Shown here piece after piece: positions 1 through 8,822 of a stretch of 28,098 bases of DNA. The stretch is from Bacteriovoracia bacterium (GTDB lineage: Bacteria; Bdellovibrionota; Bacteriovoracia; Bacteriovoracales; Bacteriovoracaceae). A program made the translations under genes and the position numbers. The DNA lies in NCBI GenBank assembly GCA_046570105.1, contig JBKHVI010000040.1:1-28098 (forward strand), written 5' to 3'. The notes under the pieces were generated by a model. It had not been told where the DNA came from. It saw nothing but the letters and a program-made list of their open reading frames with translations, and did not search any database. Every line of letters begins with the position of its first letter. Position 1 is the stretch's first letter.

Positions 1-1692
1 CAAAAAGATTTCGATCTCAAAATCGATCAACAGGTCACACCCCCTCCGACGGGTGGATGGAAAGCTATCTATAAATTTTCATTTAATACTCCACTCAAAG
101 ACTCACGAGTGGTGGCGGCCGATATCGGCATCTATCAAAACAAGGCCTATATAACTTTAATCGATGGCAAGGCAGCCACGCTTGATAAACGAATGGCGCA
201 AGTGAGTTTGATTGCTGGCAGTTGGAAACCCATAGCTCTGCAAGATGAAAAACTGGGTGATAGAGAAGCCATCGCCTTCACAAAAAAAGAAGCTCAACAA
301 CTAGAATCATTTCTTCAACGAGCGATGTCGGATTTGCAAATTCCAGGAGTCCAAGCGGCCTTGGTACAGAATGGACAGATTATTTGGGAAAAATCATTGG
401 GTTATAAAGAAAAAGCCAAAGGTGTAAAAGTAAATAGCTCCACACTGTTTATGATTGGTTCAACGACTAAGCCTCTCACCACACTATTAGAGGCACGTGT
501 CGTCGATAAAGGACTTTTAAATTGGGAAACACCGTTAAAACAAATTCTCCCCTCTTTTGAATTAGCCGATACCAGTGCTACTTCTCAATTCCAACTTCGT
601 CACACGGCCTGTGCTTGCACCGGCATGCCACGACGAGACTTGGATTTTATTTTTGAGTATGAAGGAATCACTCCAGAAGAGCGCCTCAAGCAATTAAAAA
701 CGATGTCCCCGACTACCAAACTTGGAGAGACCTTCCAATACTCAAATCTGCTGGTGGCGACGGGTGGCTATGCCGTTTCTCACAAACTTTATCCTCAACT
801 CACACTCACGACAGCTTTTGAGAAAGCGATGCAAGAATGGGTCTTTGACCCTCTCTCAATGAAGAATTCTCGCGTCTCCCCGAGAGAAACAGACGATCTT
901 GCCACTCCTCATGCCACAGACTTTGATGGACGCGTAAAAGCGATTCCCCAAAAAATGGATAATACCGTTTATGCCGTCGCTCCGGCCGGTGCGGTATGGT
1001 CGACAGCACAAGATCTCGCGCAGTATGTCTTACTTGAACTTAATAATGGAAAAGCGGGTGATCATACTCTCCTCACAAACAAAAGCCTTGAGCTTCGCCG
1101 TAAACCACAAATCAAAGTAGATGAAAGTGCGCAGTACGGACTCGGTCTTTTTTATGACAACGTAAAGGGCATTCAAACTTGGGGCCATGGCGGGAATACC
1201 TTAGGCTTCACTTCTGATTTGGTTTTCATTCCAGAAAAAAAACTGGGTTGGGTTTTATTAACGAACGTAGGTGCTTCTCCATTGCGTAATCTTTTTCAGC
1301 AAAAAGTTATTGAAGTGATGTTCAAGGCCAAACCAGAAGCCCAAAAACGCTTGAGTTATATCTTGCAGAGACGCCGAGAAGCTTTAACCGACGCCCGCAA
1401 GAAAATAACAACGACAAGCTTTAAGATGAAATGGCTTGAGTCGATGGTAGGAAACTGGCAATCAAAGGAACTCGGTAGCATGACTATAACAAAAGAGAAG
1501 CGCGGCTTTAGTGCTGATTTTGGTGAATGGCAGAGCGAACTCGGGGTCATGTCTGAAAAAACGGCCGGCGAAACATTTGTGCTCATCTCTGCTCCTTGGG
1601 GCGGTGGTATCCCTTTTCAAAAACAAGCCGATGGCTCATTATTATTAGATGCAGGTCAGATGAAGTACTCATTTAAAAGGATCACGCCGTGA
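1..1692 (+). CDS. Beta-lactamase family (AmpC/class C-like) serine hydrolase, 5'-truncated by the window edge
   Basis: SxxK (IGSTTK), YxN (FQYSN) and WGHGG motifs. Frame 1 is open from base 1, so the true start probably lies upstream of the window. Confidence 0.9.
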   Translation, partial: QKDFDLKIDQQVTPPPTGGWKAIYKFSFNTPLKDSRVVAADIGIYQNKAYITLIDGKAATLDKRMAQVSLIAGSWKPIALQDEKLGDREAIAFTKKEAQQLESFLQRAMSDLQIPGVQAALVQNGQIIWEKSLGYKEKAKGVKVNSSTLFMIGSTTKPLTTLLEARVVDKGLLNWETPLKQILPSFELADTSATSQFQLRHTACACTGMPRRDLDFIFEYEGITPEERLKQLKTMSPTTKLGETFQYSNLLVATGGYAVSHKLYPQLTLTTAFEKAMQEWVFDPLSMKNSRVSPRETDDLATPHATDFDGRVKAIPQKMDNTVYAVAPAGAVWSTAQDLAQYVLLELNNGKAGDHTLLTNKSLELRRKPQIKVDESAQYGLGLFYDNVKGIQTWGHGGNTLGFTSDLVFIPEKKLGWVLLTNVGASPLRNLFQQKVIEVMFKAKPEAQKRLSYILQRRREALTDARKKITTTSFKMKWLESMVGNWQSKELGSMTITKEKRGFSADFGEWQSELGVMSEKTAGETFVLISAPWGGGIPFQKQADGSLLLDAGQMKYSFKRITP

Positions 1693-2054
1693 TTGGAAAA
1701 ATTCTCGTAGGCTTCATTGCACTTCAACACCTGGGCTTTCTGGTTTTGGAAATGTTTCTCTGGACTCACCCAGTAGGACTTAAAGTATTTCGCCAATCAC
1801 TTGAGAAAGCTCAAGCCTCACAAGCACTCGCTGCTAATCAAGGTCTCTATAATGGATTTTTAGCAGCAGGACTTATTTGGTCACTCTGCCAATCTGAAGC
1901 AAGTTTTGCTCGTCAACTGGCGCTGTTTTTTTGCGGTTGTGTTTTTGTCGCCGGTATTTATGGTGGATGGAGCGTTTCATGGCGAATCAGTTTGATTCAA
2001 GGCGGCCCGGCCATTCTTGCGATAATATATCTATTAATTAACGACAATTTTTAA
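1689..2054 (+). CDS. DUF1304 family membrane protein
   Basis: Motifs LEMFLW and LAANQGLYNGFLAAGL, about 4 TM segments. GTGA start/stop overlap with the upstream gene. Confidence 0.88.
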   Translation: MIGKILVGFIALQHLGFLVLEMFLWTHPVGLKVFRQSLEKAQASQALAANQGLYNGFLAAGLIWSLCQSEASFARQLALFFCGCVFVAGIYGGWSVSWRISLIQGGPAILAIIYLLINDNF

Positions 2055-2346
2055 GATCAGCGATTTTTCCGAAATCTGCAAAGACCTTCCCACTCTTACC
2101 TTTCACTCCAAAGTAAGTGGCGTCTTCGCCTTCTCCACAACGAACTAAAAGTGTATAGCTTGATGAAGAGTCGAGTACACAAGCTTCTAGCAGTTCTCCG
2201 GCCATACTGACTTCTACAGCATCGCTCCCAATACTCAAGATTACCTCAGATTGGTTCCCACCAGAATGCATCTGGCAAGTCGTTGACTGGTTTGCCCAAG
2301 AGTAAGTGCAACAAGAGAGAGACAACGCTAAAAGAAGTGTTTTCAT
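2038..2346 (-). CDS. Small exported hypothetical protein, Cys-containing
   Basis: Signal-peptide-like N-terminus (MKTLLLALSLSCCTYSWA) and 4 Cys in the mature part. Confidence 0.7.
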   Translation of the reverse strand: MKTLLLALSLSCCTYSWANQSTTCQMHSGGNQSEVILSIGSDAVEVSMAGELLEACVLDSSSSYTLLVRCGEGEDATYFGVKGKSGKVFADFGKIADLKNCR

Positions 2347-2425
2347 GGGTAAATGCCTTTGAGACCATTATAGGAGAAGCCCACAAAGCACAGGCGAGAT
2401 TGGGTAAATTTTCCAGGGGGATTTC

Positions 2426-3145
2426 ATGCAGATTAGGGACTTAAATCGGGTATATCGCGGGGTTTTACCTGGAATCGCCCTGTTTCTTAGCCTTCATCTC
2501 TCCGCCGCCGAGAAGACCTCACTCTATACTGGTGTCGCTACCAAGGATGGTAAAACGGTCTATATTGAAAAACACGAAGTCGTAGAGAATGAAAAAGGCG
2601 ATGTTCTTCGCGCCAAAACCACCTACTCCACTCTAGAAGACAAAGTGATAGCCACTCTCACTTCGGACTTTTCTCAAAGTATTACCAATGCTGAACATGA
2701 AATGCATGATCTACGCACAGAGCGCCGCTATGGCGTGCGCTGGGAAAATGGTCAGGCCTATATGTGGGATAAAAAAACTGACAAGAAAGAAGAGCGCGAA
2801 GACATTGGAAAAGACTTTGCCGATGGAAAGCTCGTTATTGGTGGCCAGGGCCTGCATTACCACATGCGCTCACGCCTCAAAGAATTTGAAAAAAAAGAAG
2901 TCGCTATCGCTATTCTGATACCAGGAAAGCTCGACTGGTATAGCTTTCTGGTTGTTCCTGCTGGTGAAGAAAAAGGGCGATTGAAATTTGTGATGAAAAC
3001 ACAAAGTGCCCTTTTGAGACTATTCGCACCTAAGCTTGAAGTTTGGTATTCCCCGGAAGGCAAACTCATGCGCTACCGGGGACTTTCCAATTTGCCTGAC
3101 GATAAAGGTAATAACCAGAATGTGGAAATTACCTATACCTACTAA
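2426..3145 (+). CDS. Exported hypothetical protein (beta-rich)
   Basis: 239-aa ORF with a hydrophobic signal segment ending LSA and an AGGGGG RBS upstream. Confidence 0.75.
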   Translation: MQIRDLNRVYRGVLPGIALFLSLHLSAAEKTSLYTGVATKDGKTVYIEKHEVVENEKGDVLRAKTTYSTLEDKVIATLTSDFSQSITNAEHEMHDLRTERRYGVRWENGQAYMWDKKTDKKEEREDIGKDFADGKLVIGGQGLHYHMRSRLKEFEKKEVAIAILIPGKLDWYSFLVVPAGEEKGRLKFVMKTQSALLRLFAPKLEVWYSPEGKLMRYRGLSNLPDDKGNNQNVEITYTY

Positions 3146-4059
3146 GCCTTTCTCTTCTTATAGAGGCTGACCACCATAGAGCCCAAAAGAACAAAGAAGA
3201 TAAAGCCCATCGTGACCTCTACCGGCACATGGTAGTAGCCCGAGATACACATTTTAGTGCCAATAAACATTAAGATAATAGCGAGCCCATACTTAAGATA
3301 CTCAAAGATGTCGGCAAAGCCTTTGAGTGCAAAATAGAGGGAACGCAGACCAAGAATAGCAAACACATTGGATGTGAAGACCAAGAACGGGTCATCAGTG
3401 ATCCCAATAATCGCAGGGATTGAATCAATGGCAAAAACCACATCCGAAATCTCTACAAAAATCAGCGTTATAAAAAGCGGCGTGACCATCCGCTTACCAT
3501 TCTGGACAGTGAAGAATTTATCTCCATCCAATTGATGAGACGTAGGGAAAATTTTCTTGGCCCAGACGATAATTTTATTCTTTTCTAAATCCGGTTCCTC
3601 GCTACTTGGCTTAAGCATCTTAAGGCCAGTGAGTATCAAGAAGCCACCGAAGATATATATCACCCAAGCAAACTGACGGATGATCGCAATCCCTGCGCCA
3701 ATAAAAGCTGCACGCATAATGAGCGCACCTAAGATTCCGTAGAAAAGAATTTTGTGCTGATACTCATTAGGAACTTTGAAGTAACTAAAGATCAACAAGA
3801 ACACGAACAGGTTATCAACCGAGAGCGATTTCTCAATTACATATCCTGATAAGAAAAGCATGAAATCTTCTTGGCCGCGCCAGTAAAGAATCACAACATT
3901 GAATGCCATCGCGAGGGCAATCCAAACAATCGACCACATGATGGCTTCTTTGAATGAAACGGTATGACTCTTTTTATGAAAGACACCTAAATCAAGTGCT
4001 AAGACAAACATAATAAAGGCTACAAATGACACCCAAATGGTCAGTGATGTTTCGTGCAT
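3142..4059 (-). CDS. TerC/Alx family metal-homeostasis membrane protein
   Basis: Motifs GYVIEKSLSVDNLFVF, FAIDSIPA and SNVFAILGLRSLYF. ATG at 4059 is preceded by a GAGGA RBS. Confidence 0.93.
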   Translation of the reverse strand: MHETSLTIWVSFVAFIMFVLALDLGVFHKKSHTVSFKEAIMWSIVWIALAMAFNVVILYWRGQEDFMLFLSGYVIEKSLSVDNLFVFLLIFSYFKVPNEYQHKILFYGILGALIMRAAFIGAGIAIIRQFAWVIYIFGGFLILTGLKMLKPSSEEPDLEKNKIIVWAKKIFPTSHQLDGDKFFTVQNGKRMVTPLFITLIFVEISDVVFAIDSIPAIIGITDDPFLVFTSNVFAILGLRSLYFALKGFADIFEYLKYGLAIILMFIGTKMCISGYYHVPVEVTMGFIFFVLLGSMVVSLYKKRKA

Positions 4060-4136
4060 AAAATCCTCAAGCGTTTTTGAATTCAACCAGATTAAACCAT
4101 GAACGCTTAATTTGCTGTACGGAAAATACGGACAGA

Positions 4137-4775
4137 ATGAACAAAAAAAGTGAAGATCAAGGCATGAAAGAAAGTTTATTTCTGAATGAGATGGATAAGT
4201 TGCGTGATGACGGGGTGGTCACTCTAGGGGAGATCGCTGAGAAGTTGCGCGATAAAGGGCTTATGCTCTTGAGTCTTATTTGCGTTATTCCTTTCATGCA
4301 GCCCATTCCCATTCCAGGACTTTCTACGATTTTAGGTTTTGTTATTCTATTGCAGGGCGTGGGTCTCGTTATATCAGGAAAACCCCTTCTCACTCAACGC
4401 ATGAAAGATGTGCAGTTTTCACCTGAGAAGGTTGCCACCTTTGTTAAAGGTGCGAGAAAAATTTTCCCTTGGATTGGTTGGATGGTGAAAGCGCGCGGAC
4501 AGCATCTGGTTAAGCACCGGGCCAATCAAATCATTTGTGGATTTGTTTTGGTTGGACTCTCGCTCTTTCTCTCACTCCCTCTGCCCTTACCGAGCAGTAA
4601 TTTCATTCCTGCTATCGGTATCTTCTTTATCTGTCTGGGTCTGATGGAAGAAGATTTTCTGCTCGTATTCTTAGGCATCACCTATTCGGCTATCTTCACT
4701 TGGATTCTGTCCTTTTCCTTCCACATGCTGTGGGAAGAAGTCACCAACTCGGCCTGGTGGGGACGCTACTTCTAA
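4137..4775 (+). CDS. ExoD family (exopolysaccharide biosynthesis) membrane protein
   Basis: PIPIPGLST and LPLPLPSSNFIPA..GLMEED signatures. Start could be 4137 or 4164. Confidence 0.85.
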   Translation: MNKKSEDQGMKESLFLNEMDKLRDDGVVTLGEIAEKLRDKGLMLLSLICVIPFMQPIPIPGLSTILGFVILLQGVGLVISGKPLLTQRMKDVQFSPEKVATFVKGARKIFPWIGWMVKARGQHLVKHRANQIICGFVLVGLSLFLSLPLPLPSSNFIPAIGIFFICLGLMEEDFLLVFLGITYSAIFTWILSFSFHMLWEEVTNSAWWGRYF

Positions 4776-4975
4776 TTTTCTTCGAGAGTACAGCCGGTAT
4801 CGCCACCAGAAAGTGAAATGCCTTCTTCCTTAATCTCAACTTTCTCAGCTGCTTTGGTATCACAGTCTTCAAGAGCAGCTGCGCCCGTTGAAACTTCCGG
4901 AGCACCTGCCGCAGGCGTTTCTTGTTTTTGACAGCTCACTAAACTCACAAGAGCAGCAAGAATGAAATACTTCAT
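4772..4975 (-). CDS. Small lipoprotein
   Basis: Lipobox LVSC after a hydrophobic signal, AGGAG RBS, ATGA overlap with the SDR stop. Confidence 0.75.
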   Translation of the reverse strand: MKYFILAALVSLVSCQKQETPAAGAPEVSTGAAALEDCDTKAAEKVEIKEEGISLSGGDTGCTLEEN

Positions 4976-5745
4976 GGGGTAATCTCCTTAGGAACTTCAC
5001 GACTGAAATTAGCAGATTTTGAACTCATAATCCGGCGATACATAAAACGTGGCATTAAACTAAGTAGCTTCACGATAAATGCAAACGCAAATGGGAAGGC
5101 GACCAACTTTTTCTTTTTTCTAATAGCAGTGATGATTAAATCGGCAGCACGTGGGGCCTTCATCAGAAACGGCATCGGGTGATGATTCAAACGAGTCAAC
5201 GGAGTGTCTACAAACCCCGGACACACACAAGTGACATCAATGCCTAAGTGGCGCAGATCAAGGCTGAGCGACTCGCAGAATTTAATCACACCACTCTTAG
5301 TGGCACTATAACCAGAGATACCTGGGAAACCATTAAAACCAGCAAGCGATGAAATCGCTACCATTTGTCCTCTGCCTTGCGGAATCATAATCTCCATCGC
5401 AGCTTCAAAAGCGTACATGACCCCTAAAAGGTTCACATGCACCATACGATAGGTTCGTTCAAAGTCCGGCACCTTTGACTTGATCGGATAAGAGATCCCG
5501 GCACTAGCGATAATCAAATGCAATCCTGTAGGAGATGCAAATTCATGAATAGCTTTTTTAAGTGCGACGCGATCGGCGACATCAACGGCATAAAAGCTAA
5601 TATTGTCACGATGCTCTTCGAAGTTGGATTTAAACTTTGAGTGCTCACGGCCACACACTCCGACTTTCCAACCCAGCTTCAAATATTTTTTGGCAAGCTC
5701 AAGGCCCATGCCCGACGTGCCGCCAGTAATAAATACGGTATTCAT
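4972..5745 (-). CDS. SDR family NAD(P)-dependent oxidoreductase
   Basis: TGGTSGMG Rossmann motif, YSATK catalytic motif, PGFVDT. ATG at 5745 overlaps the upstream TGA. Confidence 0.93.
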   Translation of the reverse strand: MNTVFITGGTSGMGLELAKKYLKLGWKVGVCGREHSKFKSNFEEHRDNISFYAVDVADRVALKKAIHEFASPTGLHLIIASAGISYPIKSKVPDFERTYRMVHVNLLGVMYAFEAAMEIMIPQGRGQMVAISSLAGFNGFPGISGYSATKSGVIKFCESLSLDLRHLGIDVTCVCPGFVDTPLTRLNHHPMPFLMKAPRAADLIITAIRKKKKLVAFPFAFAFIVKLLSLMPRFMYRRIMSSKSANFSREVPKEITP

Positions 5746-6824
5746 GTGTGACAGCAATCCTTTTTACGATGAAGGCGCGGCTGAATCTCAGCACGCCACA
5801 AGCCTCTCAGCAAAATAATAACGAGTGCAGCCGCGAGAATACTCTCCCAGCCAAAGCTACTGCCGTGGTCGTGGGCATGGGCACTCACCGCCCAAACCGG
5901 CTGAGCACCGCCATACCAAGCATCCACACCTATGGCGGCGAGGAGGGCCACTGCTGCAATAGAAATTAAATTAATTGCGATACCTTTATTTCCCAAATGC
6001 GGGCGAAGCACAGCAATGTTAGCAATATTAGTCGCCGGTCCAGCTAATAAAAGAATGAGCGCAGCCCCTGGAGAAAGACCTTTCATAACCAGCGAAGCTG
6101 CAATAGGAGTCGTAGCCGAGGCGCAGATATAAAGTGGAATACCAACGACTAAGACTAACAAGCGCGAAGGCCACACACCAAGGCCTAAAAAGAAATCCGC
6201 CGGCACAAAGAAATCCAACATCGCTCCTGCCACGATCCCAATCGTCATCCACAGCGCCAGATCATCCACTAAATCATTGATCGACCACTGAAGGCCTTCC
6301 TTGATAGTCGCCCAAATTGGCTTCTTGGCAGCTACTGCATGCTTATGCCCACAACAAGCGGCCACCGGTGCGGCTGGCTTCATGGCCACTTTGTCTTCCG
6401 GATTAAAGATCAATTGAAGGCCTCCAGCCAAAAGCGCTGAGGCAAACGCCGCCACCGGACGAATAATCGTCATCGGCCAGTCCATCATCGCCCGCGTCAC
6501 CAAGATCGAATCAATGCCCGACTCCGGAGTAGAAATCAAAAACGAGGATGTGGCCGCGCGACTCGCACCTTTTTGTTTAAGGGCGATGGCGGTAGGAATC
6601 ACCGAGCAAGAACAGAGAGGAATAGGAACGCCTACCAAAGAGGCGAGCACAACATCGCTCCACTTGCCTTTTCCCAGCCATGTCGAGACGCGCTCGGGTG
6701 GCAAAAAGGCCCGGATCAATCCCGCTAAAAAAAATCCCAGCAAAAGTGCCGGCGCTGAAAGTGTGAGAAAGTGCCAAAATGTATTAAAGAAATCTGTAAG
6801 ATTCATAGGATGAAACGTTAGCAT
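5742..6824 (-). CDS. DUF318/ArsP-like permease (SO_0444-type metal efflux family)
   Basis: PLCSCSVIP, STPESGIDS, YICASATTP and GPATN motifs with Cys/His-rich loops. Start may be 6806. Confidence 0.85.
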   Translation of the reverse strand: MLTFHPMNLTDFFNTFWHFLTLSAPALLLGFFLAGLIRAFLPPERVSTWLGKGKWSDVVLASLVGVPIPLCSCSVIPTAIALKQKGASRAATSSFLISTPESGIDSILVTRAMMDWPMTIIRPVAAFASALLAGGLQLIFNPEDKVAMKPAAPVAACCGHKHAVAAKKPIWATIKEGLQWSINDLVDDLALWMTIGIVAGAMLDFFVPADFFLGLGVWPSRLLVLVVGIPLYICASATTPIAASLVMKGLSPGAALILLLAGPATNIANIAVLRPHLGNKGIAINLISIAAVALLAAIGVDAWYGGAQPVWAVSAHAHDHGSSFGWESILAAALVIILLRGLWRAEIQPRLHRKKDCCHT

Positions 6825-6884
6825 GCATGGATATGGGTGCCTAGAGATTGGCTTAATGACGCAGCGTCAACATAGGATTTTAGC

Positions 6885-6913
6885 TTGACGGTTTTTTAGG
6901 CCATCCCTATATT
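6885..6913 (+). promoter_or_regulatory. Sigma70-type promoter of tRNA-Asp
   Basis: TTGACG (6885-6890), 17-bp spacer, TATATT (6908-6913), ending 15 nt before the tRNA. Confidence 0.75.
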
Positions 6914-6928
6914 GGTTCTTCAGTTCGC

Positions 6929-7005
6929 GGGGGAGTAGTTAAGTTGGTTATAACGTCTGCCTGTCACGCAGAAGGCCGCGGGTTCGAGTCCCGTCTCTCC
7001 CGCCA
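6929..7005 (+). tRNA. tRNA-Asp(GTC)
   Basis: Cloverleaf with GGGGGAG/CTCTCCC acceptor stem, TCTGC-CTGTCAC-GCAGA anticodon arm, TTCGAGT T-loop and encoded CCA. Confidence 0.97.
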
Positions 7006-7010
7006 TCTTA

Positions 7011-7049
7011 AAATAAAACAAGGATCGCTTCGGCGGTCCTTTTTTATTT
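7011..7049. terminator. Rho-independent, probably bidirectional terminator
   Basis: AAGGATCGC-TTCG-GCGGTCCTT hairpin with a T-tract downstream and an A-tract upstream, between convergent tRNA-Asp and ORF6N. Confidence 0.85.
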
Positions 7050-7053
7050 CTCA

Positions 7054-7566
7054 TTACTTTAAACCAAGTTTCTTTCGGTTTGCAGGTAACCTAGGCGCCG
7101 TCAATTCTTCATAATTATCCAATCGCTCGAAGACAACTTTAAACATTTGGTTTGTCCCTTGCTCCAATTTTGACACTCGATCGGAAAGGTCTTTCTCAAG
7201 CATTAGAAAACTTCGCAGCCTGGTAAAAATTCTCATAATCGAAACGTTTATCTGAATAGCTTTTTCACTGCTTAAAACACTTGAAAGCATCGCCACACCA
7301 TTCTCTGTGAAGACATAAGGCAAATACCTTCTCCCACCGTGAATTAAACTTGAGGTCACAATTTGTGACCTCAAGTTTTCACATTCTTCTGTGGTCACTT
7401 GGAACATAAAATCGCTAGGAAACCGAGAAATATTGCGTTTTACCGCCTGGTTGAGCACTTTCGTTTCTACTTCATATAAATCCGCTAAATCCTTATCCAT
7501 CATGACCTTTTGGTCGCGGATTACGTAAATCATCTTCTCTATTACCTGTTCTTTAATTTGGGACAT
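7054..7566 (-). CDS. ORF6N domain-containing DNA-binding protein
   Basis: IRDQKVMMDKDLADLYEVETKVLNQAVKRNISRFPSDFMFQ and PYVFTENGVAMLSSVL are ORF6N hallmarks. GAGGAG RBS before ATG 7566. Confidence 0.92.
   Translation of the reverse strand: MSQIKEQVIEKMIYVIRDQKVMMDKDLADLYEVETKVLNQAVKRNISRFPSDFMFQVTTEECENLRSQIVTSSLIHGGRRYLPYVFTENGVAMLSSVLSSEKAIQINVSIMRIFTRLRSFLMLEKDLSDRVSKLEQGTNQMFKVVFERLDNYEELTAPRLPANRKKLGLK
7346..7378. repeat. Perfect 33-bp inverted repeat inside the ORF6N CDS
   Basis: AAACTTGAGGTCACAA-T-TTGTGACCTCAAGTTT: the 16-bp arms are exact reverse complements around a 1-nt centre. Confidence 0.97.
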
Positions 7567-7717
7567 CTCATTCTCCTCGTTAAAAAATTCGGGTGGTATC
7601 AAGAATTCTTATACAGAGACAATTTAAAGGAGGTGTTTTGAGTGAGATTTTTCAATTTTGATTGTGAGTACTAGATTGATCTGGTGTAATCAAAACACAT
7701 AACCTTTAGGAGATTCC

Positions 7718-8584
7718 ATGGCCGGCACGAGTTTACTTGCACTCATTGATGATATCGCGACCATTCTTGATGATGTGGCGGTGATGACGAAAGTGGCGGC
7801 GAAAAAAACGGCGGGTGTGTTGGGTGATGATCTTGCCTTGAATGCTCAGCAAGTGACCGGCATTAATGCTGATCGTGAACTTCCTGTTGTTTGGGCAGTG
7901 GCGAAAGGCTCAGTGATCAATAAAGTGATTCTTATACCGGTCGCTCTTCTCATCAGTATTTTTGTTCCTATGTTAGTGACTCCCCTTCTCATGCTAGGTG
8001 GCTTGTTTCTTTGCTTTGAAGGGTTCGAGAAAGTCTTTGAAAAGATCTTTCATAAAACGCCACATGTTGAAGTTGAATCCGTTGCAGTGACCGATATGGC
8101 GAGTTTTGAGAAAGACAAAATCAAAGGGGCCGTACGTACCGACTTTATTCTTTCAGCAGAAATTATCGTCATCACCCTTGGCACAGTGGCCACCACGACA
8201 CTTACAAATCAAATTCTCGTCTTAGTTGCGATCGCTCTCGCTATGACTATTGGCGTGTATGGTTTAGTGGCAGGAATTGTGAAACTCGATGATGCGGGCC
8301 TATGGCTCATTCAGAAAAAAGGTTTCGCAGCTGTAATTGGAAAAGTGTTTTTGAATACTGCTCCCATACTTATGAAGTTTTTAGGTCTCGCCGGCACTAT
8401 TGCTATGTTTATGGTGGGGGGAGGAATTCTCACTCACAGCATCCCTGCACTTCATCACTTTCAACAAGATTTGCATGTGATTTTGGCGACACTTATAGAT
8501 ATGAGTGTCGGAGCTGTTGCTGGCGGATTAGTGCTGTTATTGGTCGTTTTAGTTAAAAAACTAAAACCCTCAAAGACTCCTTAG
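7718..8584 (+). CDS. DUF808 family (YedI-like) inner membrane protein
   Basis: [41 protein letters not shown] and [10 protein letters not shown] signatures, AGGAG RBS. Confidence 0.92.
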   Translation: MAGTSLLALIDDIATILDDVAVMTKVAAKKTAGVLGDDLALNAQQVTGINADRELPVVWAVAKGSVINKVILIPVALLISIFVPMLVTPLLMLGGLFLCFEGFEKVFEKIFHKTPHVEVESVAVTDMASFEKDKIKGAVRTDFILSAEIIVITLGTVATTTLTNQILVLVAIALAMTIGVYGLVAGIVKLDDAGLWLIQKKGFAAVIGKVFLNTAPILMKFLGLAGTIAMFMVGGGILTHSIPALHHFQQDLHVILATLIDMSVGAVAGGLVLLLVVLVKKLKPSKTP

Positions 8585-8588
8585 GTTG

Positions 8589-8617
8589 TTGATACTATAC
8601 ATTTAAGTGATTTTAAT
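8589..8617 (+). promoter_or_regulatory. Candidate sigma70 promoter of the RRM gene
   Basis: TTGATA-17 bp-TTTAAT. The region is AT-rich, so a chance match is possible. Confidence 0.5.
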
Positions 8618-8822
8618 TTGAGTACATCAGATTATATGTTCGCTATCTGAGTGAATCGTCGGTAGTCTGCTTTTATCTGTTCTCAACTAATTGTTTTTAG
8701 TTCTTACTTCAGATCCCTTAGTCCAAGACCTTTTTTATTCAATTTCAAAACACATTCTCAATCAGCAAAACACAAACAACAGTTTGTCACACCTTAGTGA
8801 CATTTTTATATCGGAGGCTCAT

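Noticed and set aside
8691..8822. 44-aa N-terminal extension of the RRM protein in the ORF track
   Set aside because: It has a TTG start without an RBS, whereas a strong GGAGG precedes ATG 8823 and the RRM begins there.
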